Below are positions 37,827 through 48,237 of a DNA stretch of 64,000 bases, piece by piece. Origin of the DNA: a virus. A model generated the notes under the pieces. That model had not been told where the DNA came from, did no database searches, and worked only from the letters and a program-made list of their open reading frames with translations. Every line of letters starts with the position of its first letter. The first letter of the stretch is position 1. The DNA lies in IMG/VR virus record IMGVR_UViG_3300020048_000036, positions 1 to 64,000 of that record. The stretch is one strand, 5' to 3'. The position numbers and the translations under genes are program-made.

Positions 37827-38742
37827 ATTTGTTGCGGATTTAAAAGCCACAAATTGGATTAAAGACAACCCCCACTTACTAGACGAGAACTCCGTTGCTA
37901 GGTGGGTGTATTTGGAACTAAAGGGTTTCGGAAGGAACGTTATGGACCAATATGAAGAGGTTGTGCATATCAACAATTACAGGGGTGAGATGCCAAGTAA
38001 TTTCTCGAACCTTAACCTAGCTGTTTATTGTGAAGTAGATTACGTGGCTGTACCAAAGGGAAGTGACCTTATACGTGTACAAACTAGGTTAATCGGGGAA
38101 AGGATAACTACACCCGAAGTAGTTATATGTGATAGTTGCGCCCCAATTGAAGACTCGAACAGATGCCCCGAAAGAGTAGTTGAAAACCTATATGTAGAGG
38201 GAACACAAACCAACATACACTACAAGAATTTTAATTACGTAAAAATTGGCCCTGACCTTATAAGGAACCATTGCTCCCCCGATTGTTTTAACAGGGGGAT
38301 AAAAAACAGCCCTTATGAAATCAATATCAAGGGAACTACAATATACGCTACTGGTTTTAAACAAGGCTCTTTATATACACGTTACTACGGTACACCAATG
38401 GATGAAGATGGTCTACCAGTTATCCCAATTACCCCAAATAGGTTTCTTGAAAAGTACCTTGAAGTATATGTAAAGCGCAGGATACTAGAGGATGCAATGT
38501 TATCTAAGGATGCTACAAATTTGCAGTTTATGTATCAGGCTTTTATGCAACAAGAATTAGACCTATACAACAAAGCCAAAAACGACACATCAAAAATAGA
38601 TATGGTAGCGTTGTATAAAGCTGTAGGCCACAACAGAAAACGCATGAACAAATATTATATCAATCTAGGCACAATAAAGTCAAACGCACAAAACAGTTAC
38701 CAAGGATACCTTGGAGCAGCATTTAACCCCAACTCATTTTAA
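37792..38742 (+). CDS. Tail ring/adaptor protein
   Basis: YYGTPMDEDGLPVIP motif; precedes muzzle. Confidence 0.7.
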   Translation: MENGNTHIKLSEFVADLKATNWIKDNPHLLDENSVARWVYLELKGFGRNVMDQYEEVVHINNYRGEMPSNFSNLNLAVYCEVDYVAVPKGSDLIRVQTRLIGERITTPEVVICDSCAPIEDSNRCPERVVENLYVEGTQTNIHYKNFNYVKIGPDLIRNHCSPDCFNRGIKNSPYEINIKGTTIYATGFKQGSLYTRYYGTPMDEDGLPVIPITPNRFLEKYLEVYVKRRILEDAMLSKDATNLQFMYQAFMQQELDLYNKAKNDTSKIDMVALYKAVGHNRKRMNKYYINLGTIKSNAQNSYQGYLGAAFNPNSF

Positions 38743-38745
38743 GGC

Positions 38746-41700
38746 ATGAAAAAAGAACGCAGTGTTGGGGGGGGTAAGTTAGGTATGATGAAAGATGCAC
38801 ATATAACATCTTTGCAAGAAACCATGTACGTACATGCCCTGAACTCAAATACCCAAGGTCAGGACGGAGATAGTTTGAACTTACAAAACGAGGAAAGTAA
38901 CGTGCTTTGTCATAACTTTCCAGCAGGTTTCAAAGTCGTAGGACCACCGTTAAAGGACATTACCGCAGATAGGACTTATTTCTTCCTGACAGACCCACTT
39001 ACACGTAGGTCTGAAATCGGCTATATAAGCGAACTTGAAAACCCAATATCCTTTACAGACACAATAGAGAATACTTGTGGTTGCGGTGTGGAAACTGTTT
39101 TGGCAGAAGGTCTTGAAAACATACAACAAACAGAGACTTGTACATATGTATCTATCATAAGGGACTATGTGTGTGAGTTTGGAGTACCAAACCTATGTCT
39201 TAACTTTGATATAAACTATCCAATCTCAAGTTCCCTAAAAGACGAGAAATGTGGGAAGGTAATATATTTTGCCGATGACCTTAACAATGACCGCAGGTTA
39301 GAACTTGATAACATAAACCAATATTATAGGACTACAATATTCTGTTCAGATGACCCCGAAGCAGTAGATTATGTAGAGAACTGTGATTGTGGGATGATAG
39401 AAGAAGACATTTGTATCAACTGTGACAAAATGTCTATTAGGCCAAAGAACCTACCGCTTAAAATTGAGGTAGAGGGATTGGTTAACGGTGGTCAAGTACG
39501 TCATGGGCAGTACGCATTTTTTGCGGGATACTCTGATTCCCAAGGAAACATGATTACAGAATACCTTACTACAACAAGTAAGACTTCCGTAAAAGACCCA
39601 AACAAAAACACCTATGAGCAACCCGAACTGGATGCAATAACAAATTTTTCTATTAAACTATCTTTAGATGGATTAGACCCCTCATTTGAATACTACAAGG
39701 TAGGTATATTACAAAGGAGTTCTGTTGATGGGGCAAATGGTTATTTTGAACTAGGGGTATTCCCCACCTCAACCAAACAAGTGTTGTTTTCGGGCGAACA
39801 GAACCTTGAACGTATAACAATAAATGAACTAGTTCAGCAATTTCCCGAATACCTACGTTCCAAGACTTTGGTTCAGGCAAACAACATGCTTTTCCGTTCA
39901 AACCTAGAAGCAAGACCTGACCCAAACCTACAGCCCGTAGTTAACTTCATGGGGCACTTTGCCAAATGGAGAACCGTAATTGCGGACGAGGAAATATATG
40001 AAACCGCAAGGGGAACGGCAAACTATGTAGGTTACATGAGGGACGAGGTAGTTCCTTTTGGAATAAGGTTTATTACCAATACAGGGTACAAAACCCCTCT
40101 TTATCCACTTATCCCAAGAGCACCGAAAGATAGCGATGAGTTGTTCACGGGAGAAATCAATTTAGAGGCACAGATAGACACGATAAACGATTATCTAGCC
40201 ATAGACCCACCAACAACATTATCTCCTAGTGATGGGTGGCTATTTGACGTTAGGTCAATAATTGATTCGGGCAACGGTGTGTGTACCACGGAGGAAAGGA
40301 ACAAAAAGTGGCAATTTTACAATACGGCTACCAATGACAGTACTATCTTTCAAACTTGCGGGGAAGACAGGGAAACAGAGATAAAAGAACTTACAAGGAA
40401 CTGTACCAATAGTAGTTTTATAGAAATTGACCTTTCTACTCCAATAGTACTTGACAATTTTAATGAAGATGATACCTTTACAACTTTCATACAATATTTG
40501 CGAGATAACGAAGGTAACTATCCCGATGACCTATCTGATTTACAAGATGCACTAGATGCTGCCGATACTGATGGGACTTCAACATATCTAGGTTGTTGTG
40601 ACCCAACTGATTTATTTGATGAAAATACTTGCGGTGACCCAATAGTACAGGAAAGGGGTGATGTAAGTCTAACTAAACTCTCACCAGTTGTATCTACAGA
40701 TAGACTTGTTTTTAATACAGAGTACCATCCTTGTAATTCAGGATTATATACAAGGCTAAAAACAACCACTACTTGTGATGAAGTATATACTTTTAGGTTT
40801 ACCGAAGAGGGAACGGCTGTAGGTAAGAACATAAATTTGTTTGATGGAGTTAGTGCTTTTATTTATGACCCTTGGTTACAAGGTACTGTAGGTTGTGGAC
40901 CTCCTTTTTATTTTGAGCGTAACCCTAACTATTTAAACAACAACAGCCCCACTTCCGCATTAGCTATAACACCTATACCCTATGATAATGTAACTGGTAG
41001 TTTTTATATCATACCACAATTTCCCCCTTTAGCCACAGCAACATCAGATACAACTTTAATAACAAATATAGATTCAGAAGTACCAGCAGGAGTGGTAGTT
41101 CTGCAAAACAAAGAGGGTATATGTACTGACCCAGATTATTCCTTTTTAAGTAAATGTCCTCCTAGTGTAACTGGTTACTTTAACCAAAAAGTACATAAAA
41201 ATGCTATTTGGTACAAGGTGAATAATATTGATACGGATTTTATAATGATTAACATAAGTAAAATAACTAATCCAAATGAGTTGTTTTATGATTGCTTAAC
41301 TTATTCAAACCATTTACGCCTTAGTGTATTTGATTCCACATTTTCATTAATAAACGATACTAGCGGAAACAAACTGGCAAAATTAGTACCTATAAAAGAG
41401 TTTGGTACAGTGTTACCCTCTGATGGGGTTTATTGTGTAGATACAAGGGGTTTGGAGACTATTTATTTTGCAGTTGATTCCCCTATTATACAAGGAGGTA
41501 TAGACCCACTTAACAAGTATCTTTCTGGAACACAGAACTGTATTAGTTTTGGGGTACATGAACCCCTTATAAATAGGGTTGTAGTTGAGTTGGAAAACCC
41601 TGCAATGAACGGTATTTTCAACTTGGAAATAACTAGGAGCTGTATTTATTCAGCAGCTTGTGAAGTACCTGTTAGTGATAAACTCAAATGTAATCCTTAT

Positions 41701-44700
41701 CCTTGGGAAGAAGGTACTTTTTCTTATTGGGAATCCACTATAAACTATCCTAACAACAAATTCCTATATGATAGTTTTTCGCAAATAAAAAACCTTTCCG
41801 CACTTAACTTTGAAGACAATAATAACTTAGTTGAATTTAATGATGCCTTTACTACAAACGGTGTAATAGACCCAATCAAAGCGGACTTCACTTGTCAACC
41901 AATAAGGCATTTTAAGTTCCCTGACGTAAACGTATCAAACATTATTGACCAAAACACCTCTATAGGTCAAGACAATAAAATATTCCCTATAGGTTTTTAC
42001 ATTGATAACGATATTATAAGGAACTGTCTTAACCTTGCGGTAAGCAACTCTCTCATTACAAGTGATTTCAGGAACTCAATAACCCACTATGAGATATTCA
42101 GGGGAGACACAAGGCTTAATAAATCTATTGTAGCTAAGGGTCTGACTTATGATATGTTTAAATATAGGGAAGAGGGGGGTAGTTACAATGAGGAAACTTG
42201 GTTTGCAAACTTCCCATATAATGATTTAAGAGAAAACAAGTTAATTTATCTTGACGAAAGGGAAGAAAACTTTGTAACTCACCCTGACCCAGAAACATTT
42301 TCCAACCACAGGTTTTTGTTCCATTCGCCCGAAACTTCTTATGAAAAACCAGGACTTCCATTTGAAATGTACGTGGAGTCATATATGAAAGGTTTTAGTA
42401 GGGGGGTATTTTCAGAAGTAGAACGACACCCCACAATGGTAGTGCTTACACAAAAAGCTATTACATTAGCTAAAGTTTTGGCAACCGTAGAGATAGTACT
42501 TGATGGTATAACAAAAATTTCGGAACTTATAGCAAACCAAACAGTAGGCTTGTCCACAAACATAGGCGCAATTATTGCAACTAGTTTGTACGGTACTAGT
42601 TATTTCGCATCAAGTTTTACCAAGGGGAGGTTAAAAGTAGAGGAATGGACTACAATATTTTCCAACCTATCCAAACCTACAAACTTTGCTTATTATTATA
42701 CATCAGAAGGCAAGTATAATTCATTCTTTAACAATGTTCGCCAAGAAGGTAATACAACCCGTGGATTATCTGAACGTCAATATCTAAACGAAGGTAGGTA
42801 TAGGTTTGATGAAAGACTTATATCTAATCCTAATCTAATTACACCACCCCCTACCGCAGCCAAACCAACTGTTATTAACCATTATAACAGGGAAAGTGGT
42901 GTGTATCTTTACACAAGGGAAGTATTGGGATTACCTCGTGCTGCTGCAAATGGGGATTCTTCCCGTGTAAAAGCATCTGACTTTGGTTGTTTCAAAGGTA
43001 ACGTAACACCAGAATACGTAACACAAATTAGTTCGCCCTATGTGTCACTCAAACAATACGTACCTAACCAATTTGGTAGTATAAACGATATACAGTGGTT
43101 ATATACTGGATATTGCGGGATACTAGGTAAAGAGAATCCATGTGACGTGGTTTTTGGCGGGGACACTTTTATATCAAGGTTCTCTCTTAAACGAAAATTC
43201 CCTTTCTTTGTAAACAATATGATTGATGGTGCTAATAGTCTGCCCAACCTAGTACCGTTCAATTACAGGAAACAAAGGAACATAGGTTACCCTACTTTTT
43301 ATGTAAGCTACTTATCTACAGAGGAGGATTCAGGTAAGTTCCTTGGGGTGGAGATGAGGGCACCGTTCCAAGCATCCGATTATACTTTTGATTGTTTAGA
43401 TACTACAAATAGCAGGGGCAAACAAGCACTTGCGGTTCAGGAAGGTTCAAAATTCTATCTATGGTACTACGGTATCCCTAGTTTCATTGTAGAGTCCCGT
43501 GTAAACAACAATTTCCGCTATGGAAGGAACAACACAAATAGGGATTTCTACCCTAACAATAGTGACTATGTAAGGTGGACACAAGAAAGGAACGTGTCAA
43601 TCCGTGAAGATAATTATTATCACTACAATAATATATATAGTAGCGAGAACGACCTATACGCATACAGGACTTTACCCAATAACTATGAACCTGATGAATG
43701 GAATTGTAGGTTCAACCATTGGGATAGGACAATCTATTCTTTGCCCGATAATAACGAGCAGGATTTATTGGACAACTTTAGGGTATTCAGGGCCAATGAT
43801 TACTACGATTTCGGTAATAAGTACGGTGATTTTTATGGACTAAAACCTATAGAGCAGCAAAAAGTTGTAGGTAGGTTCGAGAATGGTCTTGTAATATTCA
43901 ATGCTTACTCAACTATACAAGGTAGCACGGAAAACTACACTGTTGGAAGTGGTAACATATTCCAAAACAGGCCAAGTGATTTCTACCAAACAGAACTAGG
44001 TTACTGTGGAACCCAACATATGGCTTGGGTTTCATGTGAACATGGTCACTTTACTTTGGATGCCAAACGTGGTAAAATATTCAACATCAAGCCTGGGGGT
44101 GCGGGTATACAGGAAATTTCCTCAATCGGCATGAAAAACTGGTTCAGGGAAAACCTACCTTTCCGCATAAAGAAACAGTTCCCAGATATACCTAATGACA
44201 TGCTAGATAATACCTTTGATGGGTTAGGAATAAGTATGGTGTGGGATGATAGGTACGGTAGATTGTTTGTAACTAAAAAGGACTACAAGGTTAAGGAGCA
44301 ATATATTGGAAAAGTATTTATACAAGAACTTGATTTCTACCTTAACACTACAAGCCCTTTCCAAAAAATCCACGTAACGGACAAAGAGTATTTTGAGGAT
44401 TGTTCTTGGACAGTAGCATATACACCTACTGGTAACCCACAGACATCAACTTGGATTTCCTTCTATTCATTCTTACCTGATTATTATGTGGCGCACCAAA
44501 ACTATTTCTCATCAGGTATCAACTATGGTGAGGGTCAGGGATTTTGGAACCACTTGCTTGGTAATAACCAAACCTTCCAAGTATTTTATGGAAAACTGTA
44601 TCCTTGGATAATAGAACTTCCCGTAAAGAGTAACCTTCAAACAAAAATGTACGAAGATTTTTCATATAGGCTTGATGTAAGAAGATACAAAAACGAATAT

Positions 44701-45117
44701 GACTATGGGTATTATGAGGGTAACTTTAACGAAGCCGTGTTCTACAATGACAGGGAATCAACGGGCTTGCTTAAATTTACTACCCAAGACCCAAATAACC
44801 AACGTCAACGTATAGATTTTCCGAAGTACACCCCAAATAGCGGTGTAGAAGTAATCGCTACCAAGGAGGATTATGTTTGGTCTGTAAATTACTTCTTTGA
44901 CAACGTAAGGGAAAACCACACACAACCATTGTGGTTCAACGCTTTAAATAATGTGGAGAAAACCCTTAACCCAATAGCGTTTGATTACAGATATACTTTT
45001 AAGAACCATATAAGGGGACAATACCTGAAAGCTAGGCTTATCCAAAACAAGGAATCTAGGTTGAAGTTTATCTTTGAACATAACGTGGTAGGTAGCATAG
45101 ATTATGATGCGTACTAA
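38746..45117 (+). CDS. Muzzle / tail stabilisation protein (crAss-like), 2123 aa
   Basis: GYMRDEVVPFGI, YEIFRGDTR, FGGDTFISRF, SWTVAY..WISFYSFLPDYY. Confidence 0.85.
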   Translation: MKKERSVGGGKLGMMKDAHITSLQETMYVHALNSNTQGQDGDSLNLQNEESNVLCHNFPAGFKVVGPPLKDITADRTYFFLTDPLTRRSEIGYISELENPISFTDTIENTCGCGVETVLAEGLENIQQTETCTYVSIIRDYVCEFGVPNLCLNFDINYPISSSLKDEKCGKVIYFADDLNNDRRLELDNINQYYRTTIFCSDDPEAVDYVENCDCGMIEEDICINCDKMSIRPKNLPLKIEVEGLVNGGQVRHGQYAFFAGYSDSQGNMITEYLTTTSKTSVKDPNKNTYEQPELDAITNFSIKLSLDGLDPSFEYYKVGILQRSSVDGANGYFELGVFPTSTKQVLFSGEQNLERITINELVQQFPEYLRSKTLVQANNMLFRSNLEARPDPNLQPVVNFMGHFAKWRTVIADEEIYETARGTANYVGYMRDEVVPFGIRFITNTGYKTPLYPLIPRAPKDSDELFTGEINLEAQIDTINDYLAIDPPTTLSPSDGWLFDVRSIIDSGNGVCTTEERNKKWQFYNTATNDSTIFQTCGEDRETEIKELTRNCTNSSFIEIDLSTPIVLDNFNEDDTFTTFIQYLRDNEGNYPDDLSDLQDALDAADTDGTSTYLGCCDPTDLFDENTCGDPIVQERGDVSLTKLSPVVSTDRLVFNTEYHPCNSGLYTRLKTTTTCDEVYTFRFTEEGTAVGKNINLFDGVSAFIYDPWLQGTVGCGPPFYFERNPNYLNNNSPTSALAITPIPYDNVTGSFYIIPQFPPLATATSDTTLITNIDSEVPAGVVVLQNKEGICTDPDYSFLSKCPPSVTGYFNQKVHKNAIWYKVNNIDTDFIMINISKITNPNELFYDCLTYSNHLRLSVFDSTFSLINDTSGNKLAKLVPIKEFGTVLPSDGVYCVDTRGLETIYFAVDSPIIQGGIDPLNKYLSGTQNCISFGVHEPLINRVVVELENPAMNGIFNLEITRSCIYSAACEVPVSDKLKCNPYPWEEGTFSYWESTINYPNNKFLYDSFSQIKNLSALNFEDNNNLVEFNDAFTTNGVIDPIKADFTCQPIRHFKFPDVNVSNIIDQNTSIGQDNKIFPIGFYIDNDIIRNCLNLAVSNSLITSDFRNSITHYEIFRGDTRLNKSIVAKGLTYDMFKYREEGGSYNEETWFANFPYNDLRENKLIYLDEREENFVTHPDPETFSNHRFLFHSPETSYEKPGLPFEMYVESYMKGFSRGVFSEVERHPTMVVLTQKAITLAKVLATVEIVLDGITKISELIANQTVGLSTNIGAIIATSLYGTSYFASSFTKGRLKVEEWTTIFSNLSKPTNFAYYYTSEGKYNSFFNNVRQEGNTTRGLSERQYLNEGRYRFDERLISNPNLITPPPTAAKPTVINHYNRESGVYLYTREVLGLPRAAANGDSSRVKASDFGCFKGNVTPEYVTQISSPYVSLKQYVPNQFGSINDIQWLYTGYCGILGKENPCDVVFGGDTFISRFSLKRKFPFFVNNMIDGANSLPNLVPFNYRKQRNIGYPTFYVSYLSTEEDSGKFLGVEMRAPFQASDYTFDCLDTTNSRGKQALAVQEGSKFYLWYYGIPSFIVESRVNNNFRYGRNNTNRDFYPNNSDYVRWTQERNVSIREDNYYHYNNIYSSENDLYAYRTLPNNYEPDEWNCRFNHWDRTIYSLPDNNEQDLLDNFRVFRANDYYDFGNKYGDFYGLKPIEQQKVVGRFENGLVIFNAYSTIQGSTENYTVGSGNIFQNRPSDFYQTELGYCGTQHMAWVSCEHGHFTLDAKRGKIFNIKPGGAGIQEISSIGMKNWFRENLPFRIKKQFPDIPNDMLDNTFDGLGISMVWDDRYGRLFVTKKDYKVKEQYIGKVFIQELDFYLNTTSPFQKIHVTDKEYFEDCSWTVAYTPTGNPQTSTWISFYSFLPDYYVAHQNYFSSGINYGEGQGFWNHLLGNNQTFQVFYGKLYPWIIELPVKSNLQTKMYEDFSYRLDVRRYKNEYDYGYYEGNFNEAVFYNDRESTGLLKFTTQDPNNQRQRIDFPKYTPNSGVEVIATKEDYVWSVNYFFDNVRENHTQPLWFNALNNVEKTLNPIAFDYRYTFKNHIRGQYLKARLIQNKESRLKFIFEHNVVGSIDYDAY

Positions 45118-45121
45118 AATA

Positions 45122-45173
45122 TCACGTATTTGTTAGGTTTTTGGTTATTCCGAATACTTTACCTATCTTTACA
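45122..45173 (+). promoter_or_regulatory. Extended phage promoter (cargo operon)
   Basis: TCACGTATTTGTTAGGTTTTTGG-N19-TATCTTTACA. Confidence 0.8.
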
Positions 45174-45187
45174 AACTGAATCACAAA

Positions 45188-46267
45188 ATGGAAAACAACT
45201 ATAATAAATACCAAATGGGGGATTACTTGAACCAGTTCAACAACTTTCAGTATCCCCAATTCAACCCACAATACCGTCCTAATCCAGCCTTTCAAACGGG
45301 GCTGGCTTTTGGCGTTAATGCACCTTTGGGCGCAAAAGTAGGAACAACATTTGACCTACTTACCCAATCCTTGTTTAATCTCAACAACAAACTACAACCT
45401 TTTTTTCCGCAAAACAACTCTAATCAAAATATACAACAAGCAACAGCTACAAGTGGTACAACCCAACAACCCCAAACAAGGGAAAACCCACGTAGGGGAG
45501 GAGCCACAGCAATGTACAAAAATGGGGGTAAGAAAGCAAAAGGTTTTCCTAAAAGGGGACAATTTAACCAAATCGTCCCACAAGACCCAACACAACTCTA
45601 TCCTAACCAATTTGATTTAACCCCTAACCCTTATTGGCAGCAAGAACAACAACCACTACCTAACCAACCCCAATCTGATTTTGTGGATTTGACGATGGTA
45701 GATTATACAACTCCATCATCTGTAAGGGAAGAGCAAACTAGGGCTACTCCACAGGATAATAGGATGGGTGCTGCTAATATCGTAGGGGCTTCCGCAGCAG
45801 GGTTATCATTTGGGATGGACTTAGCCAAGAATATTGCGGGGGGAATAGGTGTAGGTAGACGTTCACAGTATGCTTGGGAACGGGCACAAGAACGTATGCG
45901 TGATGCTACTATCCAACAAGGTTATGAAAAAGATAGGATGGACTTGTTTAATCAAGGCTATTTACAGACTACCAATTATATGGCACAGGATGGTGGGCAA
46001 ATACCAGTATCATTAGATGGGTTAAACCAATTTCCAAAACAACCTGTTATTGTTCCAAGTAACAATATAACTATGCAAGGTATCCCATATGATGTAATGG
46101 CATACCCAAATAATGATGCGCCACAGCTAATGAAACCTGACCAACAATACAGTTTTCCAAATTCAACCCAAGTACTTGAAAAACCCGTAATGAAGAACGG
46201 TGGTTTGGTAAAACTAGAGGAAGGTGTTTACTTTGACCCAACAACCCAAGAATTTATCTTACAATGA
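45188..46267 (+). CDS. Internal virion cargo protein (Q/N/P-rich)
   Basis: low complexity, (Q/K)xGG motifs, hydrophobic GAANIVGASAAGLSFG segment; follows muzzle. Confidence 0.7.
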   Translation: MENNYNKYQMGDYLNQFNNFQYPQFNPQYRPNPAFQTGLAFGVNAPLGAKVGTTFDLLTQSLFNLNNKLQPFFPQNNSNQNIQQATATSGTTQQPQTRENPRRGGATAMYKNGGKKAKGFPKRGQFNQIVPQDPTQLYPNQFDLTPNPYWQQEQQPLPNQPQSDFVDLTMVDYTTPSSVREEQTRATPQDNRMGAANIVGASAAGLSFGMDLAKNIAGGIGVGRRSQYAWERAQERMRDATIQQGYEKDRMDLFNQGYLQTTNYMAQDGGQIPVSLDGLNQFPKQPVIVPSNNITMQGIPYDVMAYPNNDAPQLMKPDQQYSFPNSTQVLEKPVMKNGGLVKLEEGVYFDPTTQEFILQ

Positions 46268-48234
46268 GAAAATGCTCCGCAAATAGTCCAGAAGGTAAAA
46301 AACTAATGGACAAATATAAAAACATGATAATGCAGAACGGTGGTATTGCCCCCGAAGAAGTATTGTCTGGAAGCGTAGTTACAGGTGTAGGCCCCACCCA
46401 ACCTTCAAACGTGGAAGTGGAAGGAGAGGAGTTTATTCAAACCCCCGAAGGAAACGTAACAAAAGTTAAAGGTAAACCACATACGGAAGGTGGCGAGAAA
46501 CTTAATTTGCCCGAAGGTAGTAAGATACTTTCAGACAACATTAAGATTGGTAAGGATATGAAAAAAATGCTTGAGGAAGAGTATAATGTTAACCTCACGA
46601 CAACTACAACTTTTGCAGAAGCCCATGATAAAATCAAAAAGAAACTAGGTGTAACAGATGTAGAGGAAGAGCAAGAAAATTATTTAAACCTTCTCGCCAA
46701 AAACAAAGAAATAGAGGACGAAGGAACACAAACGGTAAACGAACAATTCCTCGCCAAAAAGATAAGGGAATCAGAACAAAAACTACAACTAAAAAAATCA
46801 CAGGAATCAGCAATATACAACACCTTATTTGAAGCACAAGAAAAACGCAAAAAATCAAAAGAGGATGTACAGGTAGAGGAAACCTATATTGACGAGGAAG
46901 AAGTACCAATGGCACAAGATGGGGGTTTTATAATTGCCCAAAACGGAACACAGACCCGTAGGCAAAAGATGGATGCTAATAAACCTGCTGGTACTACTAA
47001 TCAAACAGATTTATCTAATTTATTTACTCTTCCCGCAGGTAAACTAATAGACCAACTTACCCCCAAAGAAAGGGAAAAACTAAACCAAGATATAGCTGCT
47101 TGGATAACTTCTTTTAAGGAAACCCAAGGGGATAATTGGGTAAACGCACTTAACAACATTAGTTTTGTAAGTGGTAGCTCTAAAATACCAATTAGTCCTG
47201 CTACTAGGAAAGAACTAGGGATACCATTAAATTTAGATGAGGAAAAGGCTAATAAGATGTTAGCTGACTTACGTTTACAAGATATAAAAAACGAATTTAA
47301 CAATGCACTTGTTGTAGCGGGTATCCCCGCAGATGACATAGCAAAAATAACTTTTGCACCTGATAAAGTAACAGCGTATGAGGGATACCCTTGGGACCCT
47401 AAGAGGGGTAAAGAAGATTACCGAAAATGGCAAAATCTAGGTATTGAATTAAATACTTCCGCAACACCTACAACCCCTGAACCAAGAGAAGCAGCAACTC
47501 AAACAGAATTAGACCAACAACTACAACAAACCCCTTATCAAAAACCACCAGAGGACGTACTTGGTAGACCCTTCCCAATAGCAACACCATACAGAGGGTT
47601 ACCAAACCCCCTTATGACTACCCAACTGAACATGCCTGATGCGGAAATGGTTACGCCTATCAAGGTATCACCAGAGGAAGCAATAAGGGAAAACAACAGG
47701 GGCTTTGTTGCTGCAAGGGATGTTCTAAGTACTATGCCTGGCGCAAGTGTTGGCGCAAATATAGCAAACCTACTTGGACAAACACAAAACGTAAACAACC
47801 AAGCGGTAGCGGAAGCAAACAGACAGAACGCACAATACGCAATGCAAGCCCAAAACCAAAACCAACAGGTGGGAGCTAACCTAAGCCAAGCAAGGACACA
47901 AGCAATGGACATTTTCGGCAAGGAAAACCTGATGGCACTAGACAATACCCTAAACGATATTAGGAACTGGCAAAGCGTAATATCTACAGACCAAATAAAC
48001 GCACAACGTGAAGGTAGGCAAATGAACATGTTGGATGCACTTTCACCTGAATATAGCTTTGATATGTTCGGTAATGTGGTATTTACAGATACAAACCGTC
48101 AATGGTACCTACCTGAAAATTCTGTACAAGCACAATTGTATAATGGTACAACACAGCAACAACCTACACAAGAACAGATGTACCAACAGATGTACCAACA
48201 ATGGTTAAAATCAAACCAACAACCACAAGCATAA
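46264..48234 (+). CDS. Internal virion cargo protein
   Basis: NVEVEGEE...GKPHTEGG domain, xGG motifs, Q-rich tail. Confidence 0.7.
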   Translation: MRKCSANSPEGKKLMDKYKNMIMQNGGIAPEEVLSGSVVTGVGPTQPSNVEVEGEEFIQTPEGNVTKVKGKPHTEGGEKLNLPEGSKILSDNIKIGKDMKKMLEEEYNVNLTTTTTFAEAHDKIKKKLGVTDVEEEQENYLNLLAKNKEIEDEGTQTVNEQFLAKKIRESEQKLQLKKSQESAIYNTLFEAQEKRKKSKEDVQVEETYIDEEEVPMAQDGGFIIAQNGTQTRRQKMDANKPAGTTNQTDLSNLFTLPAGKLIDQLTPKEREKLNQDIAAWITSFKETQGDNWVNALNNISFVSGSSKIPISPATRKELGIPLNLDEEKANKMLADLRLQDIKNEFNNALVVAGIPADDIAKITFAPDKVTAYEGYPWDPKRGKEDYRKWQNLGIELNTSATPTTPEPREAATQTELDQQLQQTPYQKPPEDVLGRPFPIATPYRGLPNPLMTTQLNMPDAEMVTPIKVSPEEAIRENNRGFVAARDVLSTMPGASVGANIANLLGQTQNVNNQAVAEANRQNAQYAMQAQNQNQQVGANLSQARTQAMDIFGKENLMALDNTLNDIRNWQSVISTDQINAQREGRQMNMLDALSPEYSFDMFGNVVFTDTNRQWYLPENSVQAQLYNGTTQQQPTQEQMYQQMYQQWLKSNQQPQA

Positions 48235-48237
48235 TAA

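Noticed and set aside
14855-45173. Repeated TTTGTTAGG element as a CRISPR array or N4-type hairpin promoter
   Set aside because: Copies are dispersed rather than regularly spaced; the ACCTA/TAGGT stem holds in one copy only
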